The position numbers and the translations under genes were made by a program. From the human T2T-CHM13v2.0 reference genome, Homo sapiens, in NCBI RefSeq assembly GCF_009914755.1, contig NC_060944.1: a stretch of 64,000 bases of DNA; one strand, 5' to 3'. This document shows, in pieces, positions 12,311 through 26,700 of the stretch. Numbering within the stretch: the first letter of the stretch is position 1; each line of letters opens with the position of its first letter. The notes beneath the pieces are model-generated. The model saw nothing but the letters and a program-made list of their open reading frames with translations, was not told where the DNA came from and searched no databases.

Positions 12311-15300
12311 GGATTGGATTGTGATGGAATCGAATGGAATTCAGTCAACCCGAATGGTATAGAATGGAATGGAATGGAATGGAATGGAATGGAATCAACT
12401 CTACTGGAACGTAATATAATGGAATGGAATTGAATGGAAAGGAATGGAATGGAATGGAATGGAATGCAATGGAAAGGAATGGAATCAACAAGAGTGGAAT
12501 GGAATGGAATGGAATGGAACGGAATGGAATGGAATGCAAAGGAATTGAATCGAATCAACACGAATGGAATGGATTGCATTGGAATGGAATGGATTGGAAT
12601 GGAATCCAAACGACTTGCATGGATGGAATGGAATGGATTGGAATGGAATGGAATGGAATCAGTTCAAGTGGAATGGAGTGGAATTGAATGGAATGGAATG
12701 GAATGGAATCGAATTGAATGGATTGGAATGGAATCAAACTGAGTGGAATGGAATGGAATGGAATGGAATGGAATGGAATGGAATAGAATGGAATGGAATG
12801 GAATGGCTTTTATTCAACTCGAGTGGAATGGAATGGAATGGAATGGAATGGAATGGGTTGGAATGGAATGCAATGGAATGGAATGGAATAGAATGAAATA
12901 TAAACAACCCGACTGGAAAGGAATGGAATGGAATGGAATGGAATGGAATGGAATCAACCTGAGTGGACTGAAACGCATCGGAATTGAATGGAACAAACGC
13001 GAGGGGAATGCAGCGGAATGGAATGGAATGGAATGGAATGGAATGGAATGGGATGGAATGGAATGGAATCAACTTGAGTGGAATGTAATAGAATGGAATG
13101 GAATGGGATCAAACCGACTGGAATGGAATGGAATGGAATGGAATGGAATGGAATGGAATGGAATTTAACGGAATAAACCCCAGTGGAATGGAATGGAATG
13201 GAATGGAGTGGAATGCAATGGAATGGATTGGAATGGACTGAACCCCTGTGGAAAAGAATGGAATGGAATGAAATGAAAGGCAATGGAATGGATTGGAATC
13301 AACCTTGTTGGAATGGAATGGAATGGAATGGAATGGAATCAACCCGAATGGAATGTAATGGAAAAGAATGGAATGGAATGGAATGGAATGGAATGGAATG
13401 GAATGGAATGGAATCAACACGAGTGACATGGAATGGAATGGAATGGAATGGGATGGAATGGAATCATCACGAGTGGCATGGAAAGGAATGGAATGGAGTG
13501 GAATCGAATGGAATGGAATGGAATAGAAGGGAATGGAATGGAATCAAACCAAGTGGAATGCAATGGAATGGAATGGAAAGGAAAGGAATTGAATGGAGTG
13601 TAATAGAATGGAAGAGAATGGAATGGAAGGGAATTGAATGGAATGGAATCAAACGGAGTGGAATGAAGTGGAGTGGAATGGAATGGAATGGAATGGAACG
13701 GAATGGAATTGAACGGAATGGAATGGAATGGAATGGAATGGAATGGAATGGAATGGAATTGTACGGAATGGAATGGAATGGTATCAACCCAAATGTAATG
13801 GAATGGAATGGAATGAAATGGAATGTATCGAATGGAATCAAACGGAGTGGAATGGAATGGAAAGGAATGGATTTGAATGGAATGGAATCAACCCAAGTGT
13901 AATGGAATGGAATGGAATGGAATGAATGGAATGGATTCAACCCGGCTGGAATTTAATGTAACGGAAAAGAATGGAAAGGAAAGGAATGGAATACAATGGA
14001 ATGGAATGGATTGGAATGGAATGGAATGGACGCAATGGAATCAACCCGAGTGGAATGCAATGGAAAGGAATGGAATGGAATGGAAGGGAAAGGAACCAAC
14101 CCGCGTGGAATGGAAAGGATTGGAATGGAATGGACTGCAATGGATGGAATGCAATCAACCCGAGTGGAATGCAATGTAATGGAATAGAATGGAAGGGAAT
14201 GGCATGGAATGGAATGTAACGGAATGGATTGGAATAGCATGGAATCAACCAGAGTGGAAAGGAATGGAATCGAGTGGAATGGAGTAGAATGGGTTGGAAT
14301 GGAATGTAATGGAAGGGAATGAAACCGAGTGCAAAGTTATGGAACGGATTGTAGTGGAATGGAATGGAATGGAAAGCAACGGAATAGAATTAACCTGAGT
14401 GGAATGGACTGGATTGGATTGGATTGGAATGGAATGGAGCGGAATGGATTCAACGCGAGTGAAATGGAATGGAATGCAATGGAATGGATTGGAATGGAAT
14501 CAAACAGACTGGAATGGAATGGAATGGAATGGAATGGAATAGAATGGAATCAACGCGAGTGGAATGGATTGGAATGGAATGGAAAGGAATAGAATGGAAT
14601 GGAATGGAACGGAATGGAATGGAATGGAATGGAATCGAATGGAATCAACCCAAGTGGAATGCAATGGAATGGAATGGAATGGAATGGAAAGTTATTGAAT
14701 GGAATAGAATGGAACGGAAGGAATGGAAAGGAATGGAGTCAACCCGAGTGGAGTGGAATGGAATGGAATGGAACGAAAGGTATTGAATGGAATAGAATGG
14801 AATGGATGGAATGGAATCAACCCGAGGGGAATGTAATGGAATGTAATGGAATTGAATGGAATCAACGTGAGTCGAATGGAATGGAATGCAATGGAATGGA
14901 TTGGAATGGAATCAACCCGAATGTACTGGAATGGAATGGATTGGAATGCAAAGGAATGTAATCAACATGAGTGGAATTGAATGGAATGGAATGGAAGGGA
15001 ATAGAATCAGCCCGACAAGAATGGAATTGAATGCAATGGAATGAAACGCAATGGAATGGAATGGAATTTAATGGAAAGGTATGGAATGGATTGGAATGTA
15101 ATGGAATGGAATGGAATCAACATGATTGGAATGGAATGGAAAGGAATGGAATAGAATGGAATGGAAAGGAATGAAATGGAAACAATCCACGTGGAATGGA
15201 ATAGAATGGAATGGAAACAATCCGACTAGAATGGAATGAAATGGAATGGAATGGAATGGAAAGGAATCAATCCGAATGGAATTGAATGGAATGGATTGGA

Positions 15301-16885
15301 TTGGAATCGACCCATTTGGAATGGAATGGAGCAGAGTGGAATGGAATGGAATGGATTGGAATGGAATGGAATGGAATCAACCTGAATGGAATGGAATGGA
15401 TTGGAAGGGAATGGAATGGAACGGAAACAACCAGAGTGGAATGGAATGGAATGGCATGGAATCAACCGGAGTGCAATGCAATGGAATGGAATGGAATGGA
15501 ATGGAATGGAGTGGAGTGGAATCAAACCAATTGGAATGGAATGGAATGGAATGGAATGGAATGGAATGGAATGGAATCGAATGGAAAGCAATAGAATGTA
15601 AGCAAGCCGAGTGGAACGGAATGGAATGGTTTGGAATGGAATGGAATGGAATACACCCGAGTGCAATGGAATGGAATGCAATGGAATGGATAGGAATGGA
15701 ATAAACCCGAGTGGACTGGAACGGAATGGAATGGAATATAATGGAATCAACCCGAGTGGAATGCAATGGAATGGAATGGAATGGAAAGGAATGGAATGGA
15801 TTCAACATGATTGTAAAGGAATGGAATGGAATTGAATGGAGTCAACCGGAGTGGAATGCAATGGAATGGAAGGGATTGGGATAGAATGGAATGGAATGGA
15901 AAGGAACGGAATCAATCCGAGTGGTATGGAAAGGAATATGTTGGAATAGAATGGAATGGAATGGAATGGAATGGAATGGAATCAACCTGAGTGGAATGGA
16001 ATGGATTGGAATGGAATGGAATGGAATGGAATGGAAAGGAATGGAATGGAATGGAATGGAATGAAATGGATTAGATTCAACCCGAGTGGAATGGAATGGA
16101 ATGGAGTGGAATGGAATGGAATGGAATGTTATCAAATTGTGTGGAATGGAACAGAATGGAATGGAATTGACTGGAATCAAACCGAGTAGAATGTAAAGGA
16201 ATGTAATGGAACGTTATTAAACCGAGTGTAATGGAATGGAATGTAACGGATTGTAATCGAATGGAGTGGAATGGAATGGAATGGAATCAAACCGAGTGGA
16301 ATGCAATGGAATGGTTTCGAATGGAATGGAATGGAATGGAGTGGAATCAACCAGAGTGGAAGGAATGGAATTGAATGGAAAAGAATGGAATGGAATGGAA
16401 TGCAATGGAATGGGATGGAAAGGATTCAACCCGTGTGGAATGGAGTGGAATGGAATGGTATAGAATGGAATGGAATGGAATGGAATGGAATGGAATCAAC
16501 CCGACTAGAATGGAATGGAATGAAATGGAACGCAATGGAACAGGGAGGAATTGAATGAAATGGTATGGAATGGAATGGAATCGAATGAACACGAATGGAA
16601 TGGAATGGAATGCAAAGGAATGCAATGGAATCAACGCGAGTGGAATGGAATGGAATAGAATGGAATGGAATGGAATGGAATGGAATGAAATGTAATAGAA
16701 TAGAAAGGAATGGCAAAAAGACGAGGGGAATGGAATGGATTGGAATGGAATGGAATGGAATGAAATGGAATGGCGTGTAATGGAATAGAATGGAAAGGAA
16801 AGGAATCAAGCCGAGTGGAATACAAGGAATAGAATGGAATGCAATGGAATGGAATGGAATGGAATGGAATGGAATGGAATGGAAT
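9966..16885 (+). repeat. 6.9-kb unit copy 1 (B 9966-10485, A 10486-11785, B' 11786-12310, C 12311-16885)
   Basis: Markers: CAACGTGAGT at 9971 and 11791, CAACCCCCGT at 10501, GGATTGGATTGTGAT at 12311, GGAATACAAGG near 16817. Private variants: C at 11675 and C at 14096. Confidence 0.92.
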
Positions 16886-19800
16886 AGAATCAACGTGAGT
16901 GGAGTGGAATAGATTCAAATGGAATACAATGGAATGGAATGCAATGGAATGGAATGGAATGGAATCAACAGGAGAGGAATGGAATGGAATGGAATGGCTT
17001 TGAATGGAATGGAATGGAATGGAATGGAATTTAATCAAATGGAATGGAATGGAATGGAATGGAATGCAATCAACATGTGTGGAATGCAATGGAACAGAAT
17101 GGAATGGAATGTAAAGGAATGGAATGGAATGGAATCTAATTGAATCAAACCAAGTGGAATGGAATGAAATGTAATGGAATGCAATGGAATGGAATGAAAT
17201 GGAATGGAATGGAATGGAATGGAATGGAAGGCAGTTTAATGGAATGGAATGGAATGGAATCACCCCGAGTGGAATGGGAAGAAATGGAATAAAATGGAAT
17301 CAACCAGAGTGGAATAGAATGGAATGAAATGGAATACAATGGAATCGAATCAAACCGACTGCAATGGAATGGAATGGAATGGAATGGAATGGAATGGAAT
17401 GGAATGGAAAGGAATGGAATCAACCCCCGTGGAATGGAATGGAATGGAATGAAATGGAATGCAATGGAATCAACCCGAGAGGAATGGTATGGAATGGAAT
17501 GGAATGGAATAAATTGGAATGGAATGGAGTCAACTCGAGTGGAATGGAATAGAATAGAACGGAAGGAAATAGAATGGAATCAACCCCAGTTGATTGCAAT
17601 GGAATGGAATGGAATAGAATGAAATGGAATGCAATCAAACCGAGTGAAATGGGAAGGATTGGAATGGAATGGAATGGAATGCAATGGAATGGAATGGAAT
17701 GGAATGGAATGGAATGGAATGGAATGGAATGGATTGGAATGGAATGTAATCAACCCGATTTGAATGGTATAGAATGGAATGCAACGGAAGGGAATCAATC
17801 CAAGTGGAATGGAATGGAATGGAATGGAATGGAATGGAATGGAATGGAATGCCATGCAATGGAATGGAATGGAGTGGAATGGAATGGAATGGAATGGAAT
17901 GGAATGGAATGGAATGGATTGGAATGGAATGTAATCAACCCGATTTGAATGGTATAGAATGGAATGGAACGGAAGGGAATCAATCCAAGTGGAATGGAAT
18001 GGAATGGAATGGAATGCCATGCAATGGAATGGAATGGAATGGAATGGAATGGAATGGAATGGAATGGAATCAACTTGAATGGAATGGAATGCAATAGAAC
18101 GTAATGTAATGGAAAGGAATGCAATGGAATGCAATCAACACGAATGCAATGGAATGGAACGGAGTGGAATTTATTGGAATCGAATGGAATGTAATGTAAT
18201 GAAAGCAAGTGGAATGGAATTCAATGCAATGCAATAGTGGGGAATGTAATGTAATATAATAGAATGGAATGGAATGGAAAGGAACGGAATGGAATTGAAT
18301 GGAATGGAATGGAATGGAATCCTCCCGCGTTGAATGGAATGGAAAGGAATGGAATGAAGTGAAATGGATTGGAATGGAATGGAATGGAATGGAAAGGAAT
18401 CAACCCGAGTGGAATGGAATGGAATGGAATGGAGTGGAATGGAATGGGATGGAATGGAATGGAGTGGAATGGAATGGGGTGGAATGGAATCAATCCTACT
18501 GGAATGGAATGGAATGGGATGGAAAGGAATGGAGTGGAATGAAATGAAATGAAATGGAATCAACCCGAGTGGCATGGAATGGAATGGAATGGAATGGAAT
18601 GGAATGGAATGGAATGGAATGGAATAAAATGGAATGAAATCAACCCTAGTAGAATGGAATGGAATGGAATGGAATGGAATGGAATGGAATGGAATAGAAT
18701 CAACGTGAGTGGAGTGGAATAGATTCAAATGGAATACAATGGAATGGAATGCAATGGAATGGAATGGAATGGAATCAACAGGAGAGGAATGGAATGGAAT
18801 GGAATGGCTTTGAATGGAATGGAATGGAATGGAATGGAATTTAATCAAATGGAATGGAATGGAATGGAATGGAATGCAATCAACATGTGTGGAATGCAAT
18901 GGAACAGAATGGAATGGAATGTAAAGGAATGGAATGGAATGGAATCTAATTGAATCAAACCAAGTGGAATGGAATGAAATGTAATGGAATGCAATGGAAT
19001 GGAATGGAATGGAATGGAATGGAATGGAATGGAAGGCAGTTTAATGGAATGGAATGGAATGGAATCACCCCGAGTGGAATGGGAAGAAATGGAATAAAAT
19101 GGAATCAACCAGAGTGGAATAGAATGGAATGAAATGGAATACAATGGAATCGAATCAAACCGACTGCAATGGAATGGAATGGAATGGAATGGAATGGAAT
19201 GGAATGGAATGGAATGGATTGGATTGTGATGGAATCGAATGGAATTCAGTCAACCCGAATGGTATAGAATGGAATGGAATGGAATGGAATGGAATGGAAT
19301 CAACTCTACTGGAACGTAATATAATGGAATGGAATTGAATGGAAAGGAATGGAATGGAATGGAATGGAATGCAATGGAAAGGAATGGAATCAACAAGAGT
19401 GGAATGGAATGGAATGGAATGGAACGGAATGGAATGGAATGCAAAGGAATTGAATCGAATCAACACGAATGGAATGGATTGCATTGGAATGGAATGGATT
19501 GGAATGGAATCCAAACGACTTGCATGGATGGAATGGAATGGATTGGAATGGAATGGAATGGAATCAGTTCAAGTGGAATGGAGTGGAATTGAATGGAATG
19601 GAATGGAATGGAATCGAATTGAATGGATTGGAATGGAATCAAACTGAGTGGAATGGAATGGAATGGAATGGAATGGAATGGAATGGAATAGAATGGAATG
19701 GAATGGAATGGCTTTTATTCAACTCGAGTGGAATGGAATGGAATGGAATGGAATGGAATGGGTTGGAATGGAATGCAATGGAATGGAATGGAATAGAATG

Positions 19801-22800
19801 AAATATAAACAACCCGACTGGAAAGGAATGGAATGGAATGGAATGGAATGGAATGGAATCAACCTGAGTGGACTGAAACGCATCGGAATTGAATGGAACA
19901 AACGCGAGGGGAATGCAGCGGAATGGAATGGAATGGAATGGAATGGAATGGAATGGGATGGAATGGAATGGAATCAACTTGAGTGGAATGTAATAGAATG
20001 GAATGGAATGGGATCAAACCGACTGGAATGGAATGGAATGGAATGGAATGGAATGGAATGGAATGGAATTTAACGGAATAAACCCCAGTGGAATGGAATG
20101 GAATGGAATGGAGTGGAATGCAATGGAATGGATTGGAATGGACTGAACCCCTGTGGAAAAGAATGGAATGGAATGAAATGAAAGGCAATGGAATGGATTG
20201 GAATCAACCTTGTTGGAATGGAATGGAATGGAATGGAATGGAATCAACCCGAATGGAATGTAATGGAAAAGAATGGAATGGAATGGAATGGAATGGAATG
20301 GAATGGAATGGAATGGAATCAACACGAGTGACATGGAATGGAATGGAATGGAATGGGATGGAATGGAATCATCACGAGTGGCATGGAAAGGAATGGAATG
20401 GAGTGGAATCGAATGGAATGGAATGGAATAGAAGGGAATGGAATGGAATCAAACCAAGTGGAATGCAATGGAATGGAATGGAAAGGAAAGGAATTGAATG
20501 GAGTGTAATAGAATGGAAGAGAATGGAATGGAAGGGAATTGAATGGAATGGAATCAAACGGAGTGGAATGAAGTGGAGTGGAATGGAATGGAATGGAATG
20601 GAACGGAATGGAATTGAACGGAATGGAATGGAATGGAATGGAATGGAATGGAATGGAATGGAATTGTACGGAATGGAATGGAATGGTATCAACCCAAATG
20701 TAATGGAATGGAATGGAATGAAATGGAATGTATCGAATGGAATCAAACGGAGTGGAATGGAATGGAAAGGAATGGATTTGAATGGAATGGAATCAACCCA
20801 AGTGTAATGGAATGGAATGGAATGGAATGAATGGAATGGATTCAACCCGGCTGGAATTTAATGTAACGGAAAAGAATGGAAAGGAAAGGAATGGAATACA
20901 ATGGAATGGAATGGATTGGAATGGAATGGAATGGACGCAATGGAATCAACCCGAGTGGAATGCAATGGAAAGGAATGGAATGGAATGGAAGGGAAAGGAA
21001 TCAACCCGCGTGGAATGGAAAGGATTGGAATGGAATGGACTGCAATGGATGGAATGCAATCAACCCGAGTGGAATGCAATGTAATGGAATAGAATGGAAG
21101 GGAATGGCATGGAATGGAATGTAACGGAATGGATTGGAATAGCATGGAATCAACCAGAGTGGAAAGGAATGGAATCGAGTGGAATGGAGTAGAATGGGTT
21201 GGAATGGAATGTAATGGAAGGGAATGAAACCGAGTGCAAAGTTATGGAACGGATTGTAGTGGAATGGAATGGAATGGAAAGCAACGGAATAGAATTAACC
21301 TGAGTGGAATGGACTGGATTGGATTGGATTGGAATGGAATGGAGCGGAATGGATTCAACGCGAGTGAAATGGAATGGAATGCAATGGAATGGATTGGAAT
21401 GGAATCAAACAGACTGGAATGGAATGGAATGGAATGGAATGGAATAGAATGGAATCAACGCGAGTGGAATGGATTGGAATGGAATGGAAAGGAATAGAAT
21501 GGAATGGAATGGAACGGAATGGAATGGAATGGAATGGAATCGAATGGAATCAACCCAAGTGGAATGCAATGGAATGGAATGGAATGGAATGGAAAGTTAT
21601 TGAATGGAATAGAATGGAACGGAAGGAATGGAAAGGAATGGAGTCAACCCGAGTGGAGTGGAATGGAATGGAATGGAACGAAAGGTATTGAATGGAATAG
21701 AATGGAATGGATGGAATGGAATCAACCCGAGGGGAATGTAATGGAATGTAATGGAATTGAATGGAATCAACGTGAGTCGAATGGAATGGAATGCAATGGA
21801 ATGGATTGGAATGGAATCAACCCGAATGTACTGGAATGGAATGGATTGGAATGCAAAGGAATGTAATCAACATGAGTGGAATTGAATGGAATGGAATGGA
21901 AGGGAATAGAATCAGCCCGACAAGAATGGAATTGAATGCAATGGAATGAAACGCAATGGAATGGAATGGAATTTAATGGAAAGGTATGGAATGGATTGGA
22001 ATGTAATGGAATGGAATGGAATCAACATGATTGGAATGGAATGGAAAGGAATGGAATAGAATGGAATGGAAAGGAATGAAATGGAAACAATCCACGTGGA
22101 ATGGAATAGAATGGAATGGAAACAATCCGACTAGAATGGAATGAAATGGAATGGAATGGAATGGAAAGGAATCAATCCGAATGGAATTGAATGGAATGGA
22201 TTGGATTGGAATCGACCCATTTGGAATGGAATGGAGCAGAGTGGAATGGAATGGAATGGATTGGAATGGAATGGAATGGAATCAACCTGAATGGAATGGA
22301 ATGGATTGGAAGGGAATGGAATGGAACGGAAACAACCAGAGTGGAATGGAATGGAATGGCATGGAATCAACCGGAGTGCAATGCAATGGAATGGAATGGA
22401 ATGGAATGGAATGGAGTGGAGTGGAATCAAACCAATTGGAATGGAATGGAATGGAATGGAATGGAATGGAATGGAATGGAATCGAATGGAAAGCAATAGA
22501 ATGTAAGCAAGCCGAGTGGAACGGAATGGAATGGTTTGGAATGGAATGGAATGGAATACACCCGAGTGCAATGGAATGGAATGCAATGGAATGGATAGGA
22601 ATGGAATAAACCCGAGTGGACTGGAACGGAATGGAATGGAATATAATGGAATCAACCCGAGTGGAATGCAATGGAATGGAATGGAATGGAAAGGAATGGA
22701 ATGGATTCAACATGATTGTAAAGGAATGGAATGGAATTGAATGGAGTCAACCGGAGTGGAATGCAATGGAATGGAAGGGATTGGGATAGAATGGAATGGA

Positions 22801-23790
22801 ATGGAAAGGAACGGAATCAATCCGAGTGGTATGGAAAGGAATATGTTGGAATAGAATGGAATGGAATGGAATGGAATGGAATGGAATCAACCTGAGTGGA
22901 ATGGAATGGATTGGAATGGAATGGAATGGAATGGAATGGAAAGGAATGGAATGGAATGGAATGGAATGAAATGGATTAGATTCAACCCGAGTGGAATGGA
23001 ATGGAATGGAGTGGAATGGAATGGAATGGAATGTTATCAAATTGTGTGGAATGGAACAGAATGGAATGGAATTGACTGGAATCAAACCGAGTAGAATGTA
23101 AAGGAATGTAATGGAACGTTATTAAACCGAGTGTAATGGAATGGAATGTAACGGATTGTAATCGAATGGAGTGGAATGGAATGGAATGGAATCAAACCGA
23201 GTGGAATGCAATGGAATGGTTTCGAATGGAATGGAATGGAATGGAGTGGAATCAACCAGAGTGGAAGGAATGGAATTGAATGGAAAAGAATGGAATGGAA
23301 TGGAATGCAATGGAATGGGATGGAAAGGATTCAACCCGTGTGGAATGGAGTGGAATGGAATGGTATAGAATGGAATGGAATGGAATGGAATGGAATGGAA
23401 TCAACCCGACTAGAATGGAATGGAATGAAATGGAACGCAATGGAACAGGGAGGAATTGAATGAAATGGTATGGAATGGAATGGAATCGAATGAACACGAA
23501 TGGAATGGAATGGAATGCAAAGGAATGCAATGGAATCAACGCGAGTGGAATGGAATGGAATAGAATGGAATGGAATGGAATGGAATGGAATGAAATGTAA
23601 TAGAATAGAAAGGAATGGCAAAAAGACGAGGGGAATGGAATGGATTGGAATGGAATGGAATGGAATGAAATGGAATGGCGTGTAATGGAATAGAATGGAA
23701 AGGAAAGGAATCAAGCCGAGTGGAATACAAGGAATAGAATGGAATGCAATGGAATGGAATGGAATGGAATGGAATGGAATGGAATGGAAT
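16886..23790 (+). repeat. 6.9-kb unit copy 2
   Basis: Same marker order (16891, 17421, 18701). Differs from copy 1 by a few SNVs and 5-bp-multiple indels. Confidence 0.92.
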
Positions 23791-26700
23791 AGAATCAACG
23801 TGAGTGGAGTGGAATAGATTCAAATGGAATACAATGGAATGGAATGCAATGGAATGGAATGGAATGGAATCAACAGGAGAGGAATGGAATGGAATGGAAT
23901 GGCTTTGAATGGAATGGAATGGAATGGAATGGAATTTAATCAAATGGAATGGAATGGAATGGAATGGAATGCAATCAACATGTGTGGAATGCAATGGAAC
24001 AGAATGGAATGGAATGTAAAGGAATGGAATGGAATGGAATCTAATTGAATCAAACCAAGTGGAATGGAATGAAATGTAATGGAATGCAATGGAATGGAAT
24101 GAAATGGAATGGAATGGAATGGAATGGAATGGAAGGCAGTTTAATGGAATGGAATGGAATGGAATCACCCCGAGTGGAATGGGAAGAAATGGAATAAAAT
24201 GGAATCAACCAGAGTGGAATAGAATGGAATGAAATGGAATACAATGGAATCGAATCAAACCGACTGCAATGGAATGGAATGGAATGGAATGGAATGGAAT
24301 GGAATGGAATGGAAAGGAATGGAATCAACCCCCGTGGAATGGAATGGAATGGAATGAAATGGAATGCAATGGAATCAACCCGAGAGGAATGGTATGGAAT
24401 GGAATGGAATGGAATAAATTGGAATGGAATGGAGTCAACTCGAGTGGAATGGAATAGAATAGAACGGAAGGAAATAGAATGGAATCAACCCCAGTTGATT
24501 GCAATGGAATGGAATGGAATAGAATGAAATGGAATGCAATCAAACCGAGTGAAATGGGAAGGATTGGAATGGAATGGAATGGAATGCAATGGAATGGAAT
24601 GGAATGGAATGGAATGGAATGGAATGGAATGGAATGGATTGGAATGGAATGTAATCAACCCGATTTGAATGGTATAGAATGGAATGCAACGGAAGGGAAT
24701 CAATCCAAGTGGAATGGAATGGAATGGAATGGAATGGAATGGAATGGAATGGAATGCCATGCAATGGAATGGAATGGAGTGGAATGGAATGGAATGGAAT
24801 GGAATGGAATGGAATGGAATGGATTGGAATGGAATGTAATCAACCCGATTTGAATGGTATAGAATGGAATGGAACGGAAGGGAATCAATCCAAGTGGAAT
24901 GGAATGGAATGGAATGGAATGCCATGCAATGGAATGGAATGGAATGGAATGGAATGGAATGGAATGGAATCAACTTGAATGGAATGGAATGCAATAGAAC
25001 GTAATGTAATGGAAAGGAATGCAATGGAATGCAATCAACACGAATGCAATGGAATGGAACGGAGTGGAATTTATTGGAATCGAATGGAATGTAATGTAAT
25101 GAAAGCAAGTGGAATGGAATTCAATGCAATGCAATAGTGGGGAATGTAATGTAATATAATAGAATGGAATGGAATGGAAAGGAACGGAATGGAATTGAAT
25201 GGAATGGAATGGAATGGAATCCTCCCGCGTTGAATGGAATGGAAAGGAATGGAATGAAGTGAAATGGATTGGAATGGAATGGAATGGAATGGAAAGGAAT
25301 CAACCCGAGTGGAATGGAATGGAATGGAATGGAGTGGAATGGAATGGGATGGAATGGAATGGAGTGGAATGGAATGGGGTGGAATGGAATCAATCCTACT
25401 GGAATGGAATGGAATGGGATGGAAAGGAATGGAGTGGAATGAAATGAAATGAAATGGAATCAACCCGAGTGGCATGGAATGGAATGGAATGGAATGGAAT
25501 GGAATGGAATGGAATGGAATGGAATAAAATGGAATGAAATCAACCCTAGTAGAATGGAATGGAATGGAATGGAATGGAATGGAATGGAATGGAATAGAAT
25601 CAACGTGAGTGGAGTGGAATAGATTCAAATGGAATACAATGGAATGGAATGCAATGGAATGGAATGGAATGGAATCAACAGGAGAGGAATGGAATGGAAT
25701 GGAATGGCTTTGAATGGAATGGAATGGAATGGAATGGAATTTAATCAAATGGAATGGAATGGAATGGAATGGAATGCAATCAACATGTGTGGAATGCAAT
25801 GGAACAGAATGGAATGGAATGTAAAGGAATGGAATGGAATGGAATCTAATTGAATCAAACCAAGTGGAATGGAATGAAATGTAATGGAATGCAATGGAAT
25901 GGAATGGAATGGAATGGAATGGAATGGAATGGAATGGAAGGCAGTTTAATGGAATGGAATGGAATGGAATCACCCCGAGTGGAATGGGAAGAAATGGAAT
26001 AAAATGGAATCAACCAGAGTGGAATAGAATGGAATGAAATGGAATACAATGGAATCGAATCAAACCGACTGCAATGGAATGGAATGGAATGGAATGGAAT
26101 GGAATGGAATGGAATGGAATGGAATGGATTGGATTGTGATGGAATCGAATGGAATTCAGTCAACCCGAATGGTATAGAATGGAATGGAATGGAATGGAAT
26201 GGAATGGAATCAACTCTACTGGAACGTAATATAATGGAATGGAATTGAATGGAAAGGAATGGAATGGAATGGAATGGAATGCAATGGAAAGGAATGGAAT
26301 CAACAAGAGTGGAATGGAATGGAATGGAATGGAACGGAATGGAATGGAATGCAAAGGAATTGAATCGAATCAACACGAATGGAATGGATTGCATTGGAAT
26401 GGAATGGATTGGAATGGAATCCAAACGACTTGCATGGATGGAATGGAATGGATTGGAATGGAATGGAATGGAATCAGTTCAAGTGGAATGGAGTGGAATT
26501 GAATGGAATGGAATGGAATGGAATCGAATTGAATGGATTGGAATGGAATCAAACTGAGTGGAATGGAATGGAATGGAATGGAATGGAATGGAATGGAATA
26601 GAATGGAATGGAATGGAATGGCTTTTATTCAACTCGAGTGGAATGGAATGGAATGGAATGGAATGGAATGGGTTGGAATGGAATGCAATGGAATGGAATG

